A stretch of DNA of 64,000 nucleotides, taken from Bdellovibrionota bacterium. GTDB taxonomy: Bacteria > Bdellovibrionota_C > UBA2361 > CAKMMH01. The stretch covers positions 1 to 64,000 of the forward strand of contig JBMNLI010000010.1 in the NCBI GenBank assembly GCA_050952645.1, in the 5' to 3' direction. A program made the translations under genes and the position numbers. The notes under the pieces are model-generated. The model was given only the letters and a program-made list of their open reading frames with translations, did no database searches and had not been told where the DNA came from. Each line of letters starts with the position of its first letter. The first letter of the stretch is position 1. Positions 22,679 through 32,556 of this stretch are shown piece by piece.

Positions 22679-24397
22679 TTAATTTTCTACAAATATTTTT
22701 CCTGATGAACACGCTTTTTCGTCTTTTTCATATATAAAAGAAAACTCATTTTCTGAAATTTTTTCTAACTTAAAATCTATTAAATCATTAGGATAAATTA
22801 AATTCGTAAATTTTAATCTCTGCACTACGTATTTTTTAGGAATTATATTAAAATAATCTTTTAAATACTTAAATACGTAGTGAAGCTCTATAACTCCTGG
22901 GACTATTGGAAAATTAGGAAAATGCCCGCCAAAAAATAGTGCATTTTCTTCAAATAGCAATTTAGCTTTAAGAGTATCTTTAGAGAAACTTACATCAAAC
23001 ATTACTAGCTCTTGCACTTTATCTTCTAAAAGTGAAATCATCTTTGATTTTATTATTTTTCCTTGTGCATTCGTTTTTAAATTTTCTACCGTTCTTATTT
23101 TCCTTGGAATAAGCACGCTTTCATAAAATTTACTTAAATAAGTTTTTAAATCTGCATAAAGCTTAATTCTTTTATTTTTTAGCAAATACTCTTTGCCCTC
23201 TCTTGATAAAACTATAATTGCATTTAAAATATCTCTTTTTTCACTAGTAGTTTTTAATAGATGAACATCTTTTACAAACTTATGTTTTAGTAGTGTTTCT
23301 TCCATTTCCGATAAGAATAAACGCTTTTCAGAAATTTTTACCATTCTATCTATTCTACCATTTAAAATAAAAGCCTTATCTCCTACAAAAGTCACGCTAT
23401 CTTGTATATCATAAGGAGATACCATGCTAAATGGAGAAGCTACTCTCAAAGTAGTGTCCTCATTTAAACTAACTAAAACTTCTTCTAAAACATGAAAGTA
23501 CTCATCTTTGCTTTGTTCTCTATAAGCAATACCACCAGTTTCCGTGCTTCCATATATTTCACAAACGCTACAATTAAATATATCTGTCATTGCTAGCGAG
23601 GTTTCTTTTTTAAGAAAACTTCCAGATGAAAATACTTTTAAACAATTATCTTTAAACTTATACTCTGAGCGATACGATATGATTTTATCCATAAATGTTG
23701 GAGTCGATATAAAAACTATTTTCTTATATTTTTCTTGCTTTTGTAGCAACTCTTCAAGATAAAATATAGTGCTAGTATCTTGAGATAATGCATTGCAATA
23801 AGAAAATAAAAATCTCCAAAGCATCCCATACATATGATAAGGCATAACACAAGCTACTATAACTGGTGATTGCTCTATAATGCCTCTTTGAGCTAAAGCG
23901 TGCATTTTAACCTCTAGCACTAACGATTCGATAGTTTTAACTACACACTTTGGAGCATTCGTCGAACCCGATGTAAAAAACATCACATTTTTATTTTTAA
24001 TTTTAGGAAGTTCTATATTAGAAATATCGCTTTCTTTTAAAGGTAAAAAGCAATTTACCCCTTCAAATTCTAAACTCTCATTAGTAAGCACGGTATCGGT
24101 TATCTCTTTTATAGCTGATGCATTATTATCATTTAATAAAGTAAGCAAAAGAATATTTTTGTTAGCGTAAAGCGACGATATAAAAAGCGTGTAAAAAAGA
24201 TAACAATCTTCTAAAACGTAGATGCCAACGGTATCGCATTTTAAATTCTTAATGTTATTATAAAAACTTTTAATATCACAAGAAAAATCATTAAACGTTT
24301 TTTCATTTTCATTATCATAGCAAAATACTTTATTAAGATTTTCACTATTTGTTAATATGCTTGATAATGTATTTGATAAACTATCTGTCATGTACAT
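22679..24397 (-). CDS. AMP-dependent acyl-ACP synthetase fused to an ApeI/FabZ-like dehydratase domain
   Basis: FTSGST..PK, YGSTETGG, GRIDRMVKI; C-terminal GHFPNFPIVPGV. Confidence 0.88.
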   Translation of the reverse strand: MYMTDSLSNTLSSILTNSENLNKVFCYDNENEKTFNDFSCDIKSFYNNIKNLKCDTVGIYVLEDCYLFYTLFISSLYANKNILLLTLLNDNNASAIKEITDTVLTNESLEFEGVNCFLPLKESDISNIELPKIKNKNVMFFTSGSTNAPKCVVKTIESLVLEVKMHALAQRGIIEQSPVIVACVMPYHMYGMLWRFLFSYCNALSQDTSTIFYLEELLQKQEKYKKIVFISTPTFMDKIISYRSEYKFKDNCLKVFSSGSFLKKETSLAMTDIFNCSVCEIYGSTETGGIAYREQSKDEYFHVLEEVLVSLNEDTTLRVASPFSMVSPYDIQDSVTFVGDKAFILNGRIDRMVKISEKRLFLSEMEETLLKHKFVKDVHLLKTTSEKRDILNAIIVLSREGKEYLLKNKRIKLYADLKTYLSKFYESVLIPRKIRTVENLKTNAQGKIIKSKMISLLEDKVQELVMFDVSFSKDTLKAKLLFEENALFFGGHFPNFPIVPGVIELHYVFKYLKDYFNIIPKKYVVQRLKFTNLIYPNDLIDFKLEKISENEFSFIYEKDEKACSSGKIFVEN

Positions 24398-24920
24398 ATT
24401 TCCTTCTTATAAAAATCTCAACTACAAACATTAGTCCTATTAAAATATATGAAATAAAGCCATTGTAAATTGCCCAGATAAAATCTGATGCAAATACGGT
24501 AATAAAAGAAGCTACTGCGTTTAATGCCATAAAGACGCCCCAATAAATGGTAGCTTTTTTAGTATAATTAAAAACCTCATCAGTAACCGTGTGTCCCATT
24601 TTTTCAGCAAAGTAAGTAATAAGTGGTTTTTTATTAAGGGAAGCAAAAAAGCAAGCACACACTCCTAAGTTCATAATTACTGGATAAATTTTTATATATA
24701 TTTGATTATTAGTGTAATAGAGTAAGAAAGAAAGCGCTAATCCTAAAGTTAAAATTATATAATTTTTTATTTTTGAAAAATTTAAAAGCACTACAAATAT
24801 TAAAATTATAGATAAAATGCTAAATGAACATTTATTTTTTAAAAGAAAATATATAACAAATGGGTATGATAAGGTGCAAAGAGCAAGTAGAATTTTTAAT
24901 AATTTATTATACTTTTTCAT
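24381..24920 (-). CDS. COG4648-type membrane protein (ApeG-like)
   Basis: YPVIMN...FFASL...YTKK.T..W...WAIYNGFISY. Confidence 0.85.
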   Translation of the reverse strand: MKKYNKLLKILLALCTLSYPFVIYFLLKNKCSFSILSIILIFVVLLNFSKIKNYIILTLGLALSFLLYYTNNQIYIKIYPVIMNLGVCACFFASLNKKPLITYFAEKMGHTVTDEVFNYTKKATIYWGVFMALNAVASFITVFASDFIWAIYNGFISYILIGLMFVVEIFIRRKYVHDR

Positions 24921-25161
24921 TAACTAGCTTTTCAACAGCGACCACTACATCTTCAAGGGTTCTTATCTGCTTAAAATCTTGTGGATTTACTTTTTTCTTA
25001 ATAATATTCTGAAGTTTTACTACCAGATCGACTGCATCTATGCTATCTAAGTCTAAGTCTTCAAAAAGCTTAACCTCAGGCACTAATTTTTCAGCATCGC
25101 ATTCAAACTCTTCTATAAGGATTTTGCTTACTATTTTGTAAATTTCTTCTTTTGTATACAT
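24907..25161 (-). CDS. Acyl carrier protein (ApeF-like)
   Basis: LFEDLDLDSIDAVDL. Confidence 0.95.
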   Translation of the reverse strand: MYTKEEIYKIVSKILIEEFECDAEKLVPEVKLFEDLDLDSIDAVDLVVKLQNIIKKKVNPQDFKQIRTLEDVVVAVEKLVNEKV

Positions 25162-25288
25162 TATATTTTTTCCTTTTCAAGTTTTAGTTCTTTATTTTTT
25201 CTCTTTTGTTCGTTTTATTTTTACATATTTCATATTGTGTATTCTATAACAGTTTATTCTATTATGAGTTATTCTATTATAAGTTATT

Positions 25289-25561
25289 CTACAGAGTGCC
25301 ATTTATACTTAAAGTTATAAAATCTGCTAGCGTATCTACTGAATAAAAGTGTTTTTTGTTTACGTCTTTGTTAGCTTCATAAGTTAAGTTGTATCTTTTT
25401 TTTAATGCCATTCCTAACTCTAGAGCATCTATCGAGTCTAAGCCGAGCCCTTCGCCAAATAGTGGTGCATTAGTTTCGATATCATCTACTGAAATATCTT
25501 CTAATTCTAATGATTCGATAATAATATTTTTAATTTCTAAAATAAGTTCATCTCTAGTCAT
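25289..25561 (-). CDS. Acyl carrier protein (ApeE-like)
   Basis: PLFGEGLGLDSIDALELG; GGAGAG RBS favours ATG at 25561. Confidence 0.95.
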   Translation of the reverse strand: MTRDELILEIKNIIIESLELEDISVDDIETNAPLFGEGLGLDSIDALELGMALKKRYNLTYEANKDVNKKHFYSVDTLADFITLSINGTL

Positions 25562-25583
25562 ACACTCTCCCATATAGAATAAT

Positions 25584-25612
25584 TTTATATAATATTAAAG
25601 GCTTTTAGTCAA
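25584..25612 (-). promoter_or_regulatory. Candidate internal sigma70 promoter upstream of the ACP pair
   Basis: TTGACT, 17 bp spacer, TATAAA; AT-rich background lowers specificity. Confidence 0.45.
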
Positions 25613-25756
25613 TTAGAGAGTTTGGGAAGAGCAAGGAAATATGAGAATAATAATTTTTATATATTTTTAATTTTACTTAAATTATTTACATATAAATTGA
25701 ATGTTATTTGAGTATTACAATTAGAGCAAAATCGTCCTAACACTTAATTTTAAAAT

Positions 25757-25797
25757 AAAAAAAAGAGCTCCCTACTATAAAAAAGTAAAAAGAGCTC
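25757..25797 (-). terminator. Intrinsic terminator after the inserted hypothetical gene
   Basis: GAGCTC...TACT/AGTA..GAGCTC stem followed by T8 on the minus strand. Confidence 0.7.
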
Positions 25798-25834
25798 AAA
25801 ATATTAGACAATTAATTTTGCTTGTCCTTCGCAA

Positions 25835-26641
25835 TTAACGTTGCTCCTCAGCTTCGGCTTGGGCTTGAGCCAATTCCTTATCATATTCTTCTCTTGGCTG
25901 AAAACAAAACTCACCTTTTTCCAAAGTTAAAACAAAATTAAGTTTATGTAAATCTGATTTCCTAGTCTTTAACACCCCCTCTTGATAACGACCAACCTGA
26001 AAACAAGCACTTTCACAACATGCAAGCATCTTATCAAGTTCACCTTTCGCTTCAGCTAAAGCTTCAAGCGTTGGTTTATCAGTTACAAATTTTTCCACTT
26101 CATTAAGTTTTAACTGAGATTTTATACAACTATACTTTGAAGTAGCAACAAGAGCTAAAATCTCAGGATCTATCATAAGCTTCATAGCCGTTGTTTTTGA
26201 CAACTTAAGTTTGATACTTTTAACAGACTCTAGCAAAACCTTAACTTCATGTGATTGTATCCGATCGCAATATCTCTTAACCTTAAGTCTTTCTCCACTG
26301 GTAGCCACAACATCATCCAGCTTTTTGCAAAATTCTGCCGTGTACTTTTCAAGCCATTTAAGCTTTTCAGACAATGGCATTTCCACATCAAGAGAGCGCT
26401 TAGCCACTTTGGTACATACTATATCTTGGAAAAGCCCCCAATTAAGTCCATTAAAATACGCTAATTTCTCTTCCAAAGTCCCGTTTTCTGGGAAAACCCC
26501 ATCTTCTTCTGGTTCAACAAGGATAATTTGCTGATTTTTAGTCGAACCTTTATCCTGTCCTGCACAACTCTGCTGCACAATAGGCAAATAATAACTACAC
26601 AACGCCACCAACGAGAAAACAATAGTGGATTTAAAGTTCAT
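25835..26641 (-). CDS. Hypothetical exported protein
   Basis: 268 aa, N-terminal hydrophobic signal-like segment, GGAGG RBS; no recognised domain. Confidence 0.7.
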   Translation of the reverse strand: MNFKSTIVFSLVALCSYYLPIVQQSCAGQDKGSTKNQQIILVEPEEDGVFPENGTLEEKLAYFNGLNWGLFQDIVCTKVAKRSLDVEMPLSEKLKWLEKYTAEFCKKLDDVVATSGERLKVKRYCDRIQSHEVKVLLESVKSIKLKLSKTTAMKLMIDPEILALVATSKYSCIKSQLKLNEVEKFVTDKPTLEALAEAKGELDKMLACCESACFQVGRYQEGVLKTRKSDLHKLNFVLTLEKGEFCFQPREEYDKELAQAQAEAEEQR

Positions 26642-26839
26642 TACAACCTCCTTCTCCTATTTTCTAGGAGAGATCAAAACCATAAAGAATATAAAGGAAA
26701 AATTATCCTTTATAATTCTTTATAAAAAATTTGCGTTCTTTTTAAAAACACAAAACCAGCATTTATAAATTAACATAATCTATTTCTTGAGCAAGAAATA
26801 ATTATAAAGCCGTTTTTTTGATTTTAAAAGATTTTAGCT

Positions 26840-28270
26840 TCAATTTGAAAAGCCACTCGAAAACGAAACACTTTGAGAGCCTGAACTAGCCGAGTATCCT
26901 TCTTTATCTACACATTCGCCATTATTACATTCTCTTAGTTCGCCACAACATTCACCACCACATAACGGTTCACGACAACAATATTCATAAATATCATGCG
27001 TATATACATGATCTATTTTACAGCAACCACTTCCTAAGTATGATGTATAAGCAACCTTACTCTCATCACAACATTTAGAACCATCGTAAACTCTCTCTGC
27101 TGGGCAACATGTCCCATTTACAAACTTACCATCACAACATTCACTTCTATCATTATAACAATCTTGCTCACTAGAACAGCAATTAGTTCCACAAGCATAA
27201 GAGCCACTTTCGCGACTCGCTTGGTCTTCTGAACTTTTACTAGATACACTACTTACAGATTCCGTTTCATAACTATTATAACTTCCGCTAGATGTGCTAC
27301 CTTCACTTTCGTTTGTGCACCTACCAATATTTTCATCATATGTCTCACCAGATGGACAACATACAAATATCTCTGTTTCCCAATTGCTATATGCACAATA
27401 CTCTCCAAGCTTGCAACAAGAAGAACCACACGTTCCAGTCGTATTATCTGTAAGTGGGTTGCAACAAACATCTATTAGTTCTCCTGTAAAACTATTCGTT
27501 ACACTCCCGACGTTATAATCGTTAGGTCTAGCACAGCAACCTTAATAATCAGGTTCACTTGAATCTGTATAAACAGTCCCATCAGATTGTCTATAAACAG
27601 TTCCATCACAACAGCTATACTTATCAATCATTTCATTATTACTGAGAAGCCTTATCAACTCTGCCTTGTCCATTTCATTTAAAGCTTCTTCTTCTTCAGA
27701 TAAAAGCGACATACATTTACTGCCATCACAACATATCCCACCACATTTAACTTGTCCCTCTTGTGTACAACAACTTTGCACTGGAAAAATTTCAAATCCC
27801 CCATCAGTTTTAGGTCTGAAGAACTACTCTTGCTAGAACTTTTGCTACTAGATAATGAACTTGAAGGTGAACTTAAAGATGAGCTAGAACTACTTAAACT
27901 ACTACTACTACTAGAAAAACTTGAAGAAATGCTACTACTAGATGCACTGCTACTAGATAAACTGCTCCTACTAGACGATGAACTGCTAGATGATGGACTA
28001 CTACTAGACGAACTCCCCTTAGGTGAACTAGATGTATCGAAAATTTGCGCAGTCCTAAAAAAACCTACATGAAACGAATCTGCTATGAGAGGCTCATCAT
28101 CTAACAACTTAAATATATCTAATATTATACCAGACTTAATAAAAATCTTCCCTCCCTTCATTGTCCTAAGTTTTATCGTCTCACTTTCTTTATCAACGGG
28201 AACAAAATCTACATATTTTTCCTTTCTCCACAAACTCTCGAGGGAGTTTAGTAGTCTTTATGCTATCATT
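26840..28270 (-). pseudogene. Disrupted Ser-rich linker plus di-cysteine (CC) repeat protein
   Basis: Three joined frames: poly-Ser ORF, frameshift near 27800, CC-rich ORF, in-frame TAA at 27542-27544, then 233 more open codons (GCCARP...GFSN) to TGA at 26840. Confidence 0.75.
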
Positions 28271-28272
28271 AT

Positions 28273-28311
28273 CTAATTTTAAGGTCTAAAACCTACCTTA
28301 AAACGTGAAGA
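28273..28311 (-). repeat. Repeat family A, copy 3 (inverted, truncated)
   Basis: Reverse complement TCTTCACGTTTTAAGGTAGGTTTTAGACCTTAAAATTAG. Confidence 0.85.
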
Positions 28312-28375
28312 GCCAAAAATATAGAACTATGGAAGAAAGATATAATTTAAAAGAATCTACAAAAGAAAATCGCGA

Positions 28376-29125
28376 TCAACCCTTAAACAAAATTTCCTTA
28401 ACTTTTTCAGTTAACTCTATGGCATATGAGTGGACATTTTTCTTACTTTCCTTTAATAAAATAGGCTGCAAAACATCTAGAGTATACTTTATAGTTTTAT
28501 CTCCGACATCATACCATTTTTTTTCTTTTGCAAGAATGCGATAACTTAAACTAATTTTTATAGGTAAGATTCTCGCCTCGCTTCTAATTGCTAGCTGCGC
28601 AAAGCCTCTATGAAGTTTTACATTTTTAAAATTTTCTTTCTCATTACCTAAACTCGTTCTAGTCCCTTCGGGAAAAATAACTACATTAAAACCTTGAGCT
28701 ATAGCATCTTCACCATCAGTTAAAAAAGTTTCTGGGGAATCGTTTATAATATATATGGCTCTTACTATATGTTTTACAAAAAAATTTTTACTAAGCTTTC
28801 CTTTTACTATACAAACCGCATCAGGAATTATAGCAATAAGTAAAACTATATCTATTAAAGAGGGATGATTAGCAACGACTACAGTGCCTTTTAGATTGCT
28901 TAGCCTTTCCTTGTTTTTTATACGAACTGAAATTAAACGGAAAAAAGACATAAGCTTTACAAATAACTTCCAAGAGACGCTTACTACTTTTACCATCACT
29001 CTTTGTCTTTTCTTATAAGGAATGATAATAAATAAAATAGGAAATAAAATAATACCTATAAATAATCCACCTACACCAAAACATATAAATGAAACGGTAG
29101 AAAAAAAACCTCTAACGCATCTCAT
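28376..29125 (-). CDS. PlsC-family acyltransferase (ApeD-like)
   Basis: NHPSLID, FPEGTR. Confidence 0.93.
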   Translation of the reverse strand: MRCVRGFFSTVSFICFGVGGLFIGIILFPILFIIIPYKKRQRVMVKVVSVSWKLFVKLMSFFRLISVRIKNKERLSNLKGTVVVANHPSLIDIVLLIAIIPDAVCIVKGKLSKNFFVKHIVRAIYIINDSPETFLTDGEDAIAQGFNVVIFPEGTRTSLGNEKENFKNVKLHRGFAQLAIRSEARILPIKISLSYRILAKEKKWYDVGDKTIKYTLDVLQPILLKESKKNVHSYAIELTEKVKEILFKG

Positions 29126-29841
29126 TTTGCAAAGCCCTTAATGTAAGAACCCTTAATATAAGAACTTTGAATAGTAGCGTATTTGCCATTTAAACTATTA
29201 ACCGATTTATTATTTAAAAAGCAAGCGAGATTATTAAAAGTTATACTAGTTGATAAAGGCTCTTTATTTAAAGTAATGCAGATTTTTCTAGCCTCACTGT
29301 TTTCTTTATTATTTTCTTTATTATTTTTTTTATTATTTTCTTTATTATCGTTTCTAGATAATATAAAACCAACTCCATGACCATAAAAAGTGTTTTTAAA
29401 TATAGGCTTGTAAAACCTAGGCGTAGCTTCCTCTGCGTATATTAAAAGGGTATCTTCTTTTGAACTTATCGCTTCAATAATAGCACAATCAAGCGTATCT
29501 TTATTTGCGGCAATAGTCGTATAATTACACTTATTCTTATAGATTATAGAAGCCATGCCTAATATGGCATTATGCACAGAATGACTAAAACCTGCAGGCG
29601 ACATCTCTTTTTCTTTAAACGTTTGCTCTATAAGCTTAATAGTTTCTTGCCACTCACCATACTCCGAGGCAAAAATTAGCTTTAGATTTTCATCGTATGG
29701 TAAAAGATTATTTAAGATAAAAAGTCCTATTTTTTCTATCTCGGTTAATCTTCTTCTTATAAGCGGAGATACGAAATCTAAAACAGGAATTTCCTCACTA
29801 TTAAATATCAAATATTTCTTTATGTAAAATACATTATCCAT
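29122..29841 (-). CDS. Ketosynthase chain-length factor (ApeC-like)
   Basis: PLIRRRL, FAS.YGE, MSPAGFSHSVHNA; no catalytic Cys motif. Confidence 0.88.
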   Translation of the reverse strand: MDNVFYIKKYLIFNSEEIPVLDFVSPLIRRRLTEIEKIGLFILNNLLPYDENLKLIFASEYGEWQETIKLIEQTFKEKEMSPAGFSHSVHNAILGMASIIYKNKCNYTTIAANKDTLDCAIIEAISSKEDTLLIYAEEATPRFYKPIFKNTFYGHGVGFILSRNDNKENNKKNNKENNKENSEARKICITLNKEPLSTSITFNNLACFLNNKSVNSLNGKYATIQSSYIKGSYIKGFAK

Positions 29842-29928
29842 ACTTGCAAATCCTAAAGGCTTTTACTAAAATTTTAATTATTATGTTAAAAAAATAATGT
29901 AAAATTAGCTTTTTTTCAAGATATCATT

Positions 29929-31125
29929 ATGAATACCGTTTTAACACATTTAGGTATCGCTTGCGCATTAGGAAATACGCATAGTGAAATTACTACTAAT
30001 GCAAAAGCATTAACTCCAAAAGGATTTTGCTACGTATCTGAGGACGTTCCCAATCAAAATATCCCATTTTTTAGCGTTCTTGATATTCAGAAAACTAATA
30101 GCAAAAAAACCGATATGAGATGTTTATCACTTCTAGATTTTGCTTTAAATCAAATTATAGATGGTATAGAAAATTTAAAACTAAAATACCCACTTTCAAA
30201 ACTTGCAATAGTTATAGGGTCGAGCAATACGGGGGTGCATGAAGCACAAATAGATATTCATAAATGGCTAGAAACTAATACTCCTAATAAAGACTTTTCT
30301 TTTGATAAAATTCGTCTTGGCTCGCCTGCCATTTATTTACAAGAAAAGACTGGATTTAAAGGACCAAGCTACACGATTTCAACCGCTTGCTCATCTAGCG
30401 CAAAGGCCTTTTCAAGTGCTAGGAATTTAATTGAAAGCAACGTTTGCGAAGCCGTTTTAGTAGGTGGAGTCGATGCTCGTTGCAATTTTGCACATCTTGG
30501 TTTTTTTTCATTAAGTGCACTTTCTACAAAGCCTACAAATCCTTTTTCAGAAAATAGAGACGGTATAAATTTAGGAGAAGGCGTAGCACTTTTCATTATG
30601 GAAAAAAATAGAGAAAATGAAAACGATATTTGTATAAAAGGTATCGGTGAAAGTTCAGACGCTTACGACTTAACTAGCCCAGACCCAACTGGCGATGGAG
30701 CTTTTAACTCTATGAGTTTTGCCTTAGAAGATGCGAGTTTAAAAGTCTGTGAGATAGACTATATAAATATGCATGGAACTGGCACTAAGGCTAATGATGA
30801 TATGGAAAGCCTTGCTATTTATAATTTATTTTATAAAAACGGCAATAATAAAAACGGTGATAATAAAAACGCTCCTCTTTGCGCCTCTACAAAACCACTT
30901 ACGGGACACACGCTTGGAGCATCGGGTGCTATTGAGCTAGCACTTTCTTGGCTAATGCTTAAAAATAATTTTATAATTGCACACAAATATGATGGACATT
31001 TCGATAAAAATATTTCCCCTATAACACTAGCAACTGGAAAAGAGAACGTAAAAATAAAAAATATTTTGAGCAACTCTTTTGCTTTTGGCGGAAGTAATGT
31101 TTCAATAATATTAGGAAAATATTAA
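29929..31125 (+). CDS. Beta-ketoacyl-ACP synthase (ApeO-like)
   Basis: STACSSSAKA, HGTGT, KPLTGHTLGA, NSFAFGG. Confidence 0.93.
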   Translation: MNTVLTHLGIACALGNTHSEITTNAKALTPKGFCYVSEDVPNQNIPFFSVLDIQKTNSKKTDMRCLSLLDFALNQIIDGIENLKLKYPLSKLAIVIGSSNTGVHEAQIDIHKWLETNTPNKDFSFDKIRLGSPAIYLQEKTGFKGPSYTISTACSSSAKAFSSARNLIESNVCEAVLVGGVDARCNFAHLGFFSLSALSTKPTNPFSENRDGINLGEGVALFIMEKNRENENDICIKGIGESSDAYDLTSPDPTGDGAFNSMSFALEDASLKVCEIDYINMHGTGTKANDDMESLAIYNLFYKNGNNKNGDNKNAPLCASTKPLTGHTLGASGAIELALSWLMLKNNFIIAHKYDGHFDKNISPITLATGKENVKIKNILSNSFAFGGSNVSIILGKY

Positions 31126-31162
31126 AATAATATTTTTAAAAAAAATAAGGAGAAAATTTATA

Positions 31163-31615
31163 ATGTATAATATAGGAAAAATTTTACCCCATAGAGAAAC
31201 TATGGTTTTTATATCAGGTGTTGAGAGCGTCGATTTGGCACAAGGGCTTTTAACGGCAAGAGTTGATACTAAGGAAACCGATATTTTATACGATAAAGAA
31301 CTAGGGGGTATCCCGGCTTACGTTAGCCTTGAATATATGGCACAAAGCGTAGGTTGTTTTACAGGAATTAACGATATTAGTGAAAATAGCGATGCTACTC
31401 CACAAGCTGGTTTTTTAATTGGAAGTAGGAAGCTAGAAATTTTTACTCCCATTATAGAAGCTAATAAATCTTACTACATCGACATCAAATCTTTATTTTG
31501 CGACGATAATATAGTATCATTTGAGTGTCGTGTATACGATGAGAAATTAACGATAGCTAAAGCTACATTAAATGCATATCGCCCTAAAGATATTAATGAT
31601 TTTAAAAATAAATAA
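31163..31615 (+). CDS. Hotdog-fold dehydratase (ApeP-like)
   Basis: LPHR..M, EYMAQS, GFLIGSRK. Confidence 0.88.
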   Translation: MYNIGKILPHRETMVFISGVESVDLAQGLLTARVDTKETDILYDKELGGIPAYVSLEYMAQSVGCFTGINDISENSDATPQAGFLIGSRKLEIFTPIIEANKSYYIDIKSLFCDDNIVSFECRVYDEKLTIAKATLNAYRPKDINDFKNK

Positions 31616-31755
31616 AAATAAATTTTAAAACTAGAAGTTCTTTTTTTAAATAATTTTTTAGATAATATTTTTTTATAATTTTCTTTTAGAAATTCTTTTT
31701 AGAGTTAAAAGTTTAAGAATAAAAATTTGGAGAATAAAAATTTAAAGAGTAAAAA

Positions 31756-32556
31756 ATGACTATTACTAATAGAGATACTAATAACAACGTTAATGATAAT
31801 TATAATAGTAATAATTGTAATAATGATAATAGCAACAAAAGAGTTTTAATTACGGGTTCTAGTAAAGGCATAGGAAAAGCCATAGCACTATACTTAGCAA
31901 AAGAAGGCTACGCATTAGCGCTACATTACAATAGTAGTAAAGACAAGGCAAAAGAAACCTTAGATGAGGTTTTAGCACTAAACGCTAAAGCTTCTATGCT
32001 TTCTTTTGATATATCAAATAGAGAAGAAACATTTACAGCACTTACTAACGATATAGAAAAAAATAGCGTATATTATGGCGTTATTTGTAATGCTGGAATA
32101 GCACTAGATAATCCTTTTCCTATACTTGAAGAAGAAGAGTGGGATAAAGTTTTACGCACAAACTTAGATGGGTTTTATAATGTTTTAAAATCACTAGTAA
32201 TGCCAATGGTTCAAAGACGCACTCAAGGAAGAATTATTACCATATCATCAATCTCCGGGCTTATAGGAAATAGAGGACAAGTAAATTACTCTGCATCAAA
32301 AGCAGGTATTATAGGTGCCACTAAAGCTTTAGCCGTTGAACTTGCAAAACATAAAATAACTGTAAATTGCATTGCCCCAGGGGTTATAGATACCGAGATG
32401 ACTAAAGATTTTAATGTAGATGAAATTAAAAAAGCGATCCCAATGCGGCGCATGGGAACTGGAAAAGAGGTAGCTAGCCTTGTAAGTTATCTTTTATCGG
32501 AGAATGCTAGTTATATTACTAGGCAAGTTATTTCCGTTAATGGAGGTATCATCTAA
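31756..32556 (+). CDS. fabG: 3-oxoacyl-ACP reductase (ApeQ/FabG-like)
   Basis: TGSSKGIG, NRGQVNYSASK, YITRQVISVNGG. Confidence 0.9.
   Translation: MTITNRDTNNNVNDNYNSNNCNNDNSNKRVLITGSSKGIGKAIALYLAKEGYALALHYNSSKDKAKETLDEVLALNAKASMLSFDISNREETFTALTNDIEKNSVYYGVICNAGIALDNPFPILEEEEWDKVLRTNLDGFYNVLKSLVMPMVQRRTQGRIITISSISGLIGNRGQVNYSASKAGIIGATKALAVELAKHKITVNCIAPGVIDTEMTKDFNVDEIKKAIPMRRMGTGKEVASLVSYLLSENASYITRQVISVNGGII

Noticed and set aside
27542..27544. Stop-codon recoding (Sec/Pyl or alternative code) in the Cys-rich gene
   Set aside because: The stop is TAA, which ends many core genes here, and additional frameshifts indicate decay
27781..27825. Programmed -1 frameshift between the Ser-rich and Cys-rich frames
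   Set aside because: No in-frame X-XXY-YYZ heptamer; only short G5 and T5 runs
27752..28072. Leu-rich plus-strand ORF resembling a leucine-rich repeat
   Set aside because: It is the antisense reading of the AGT/TCT poly-Ser tract
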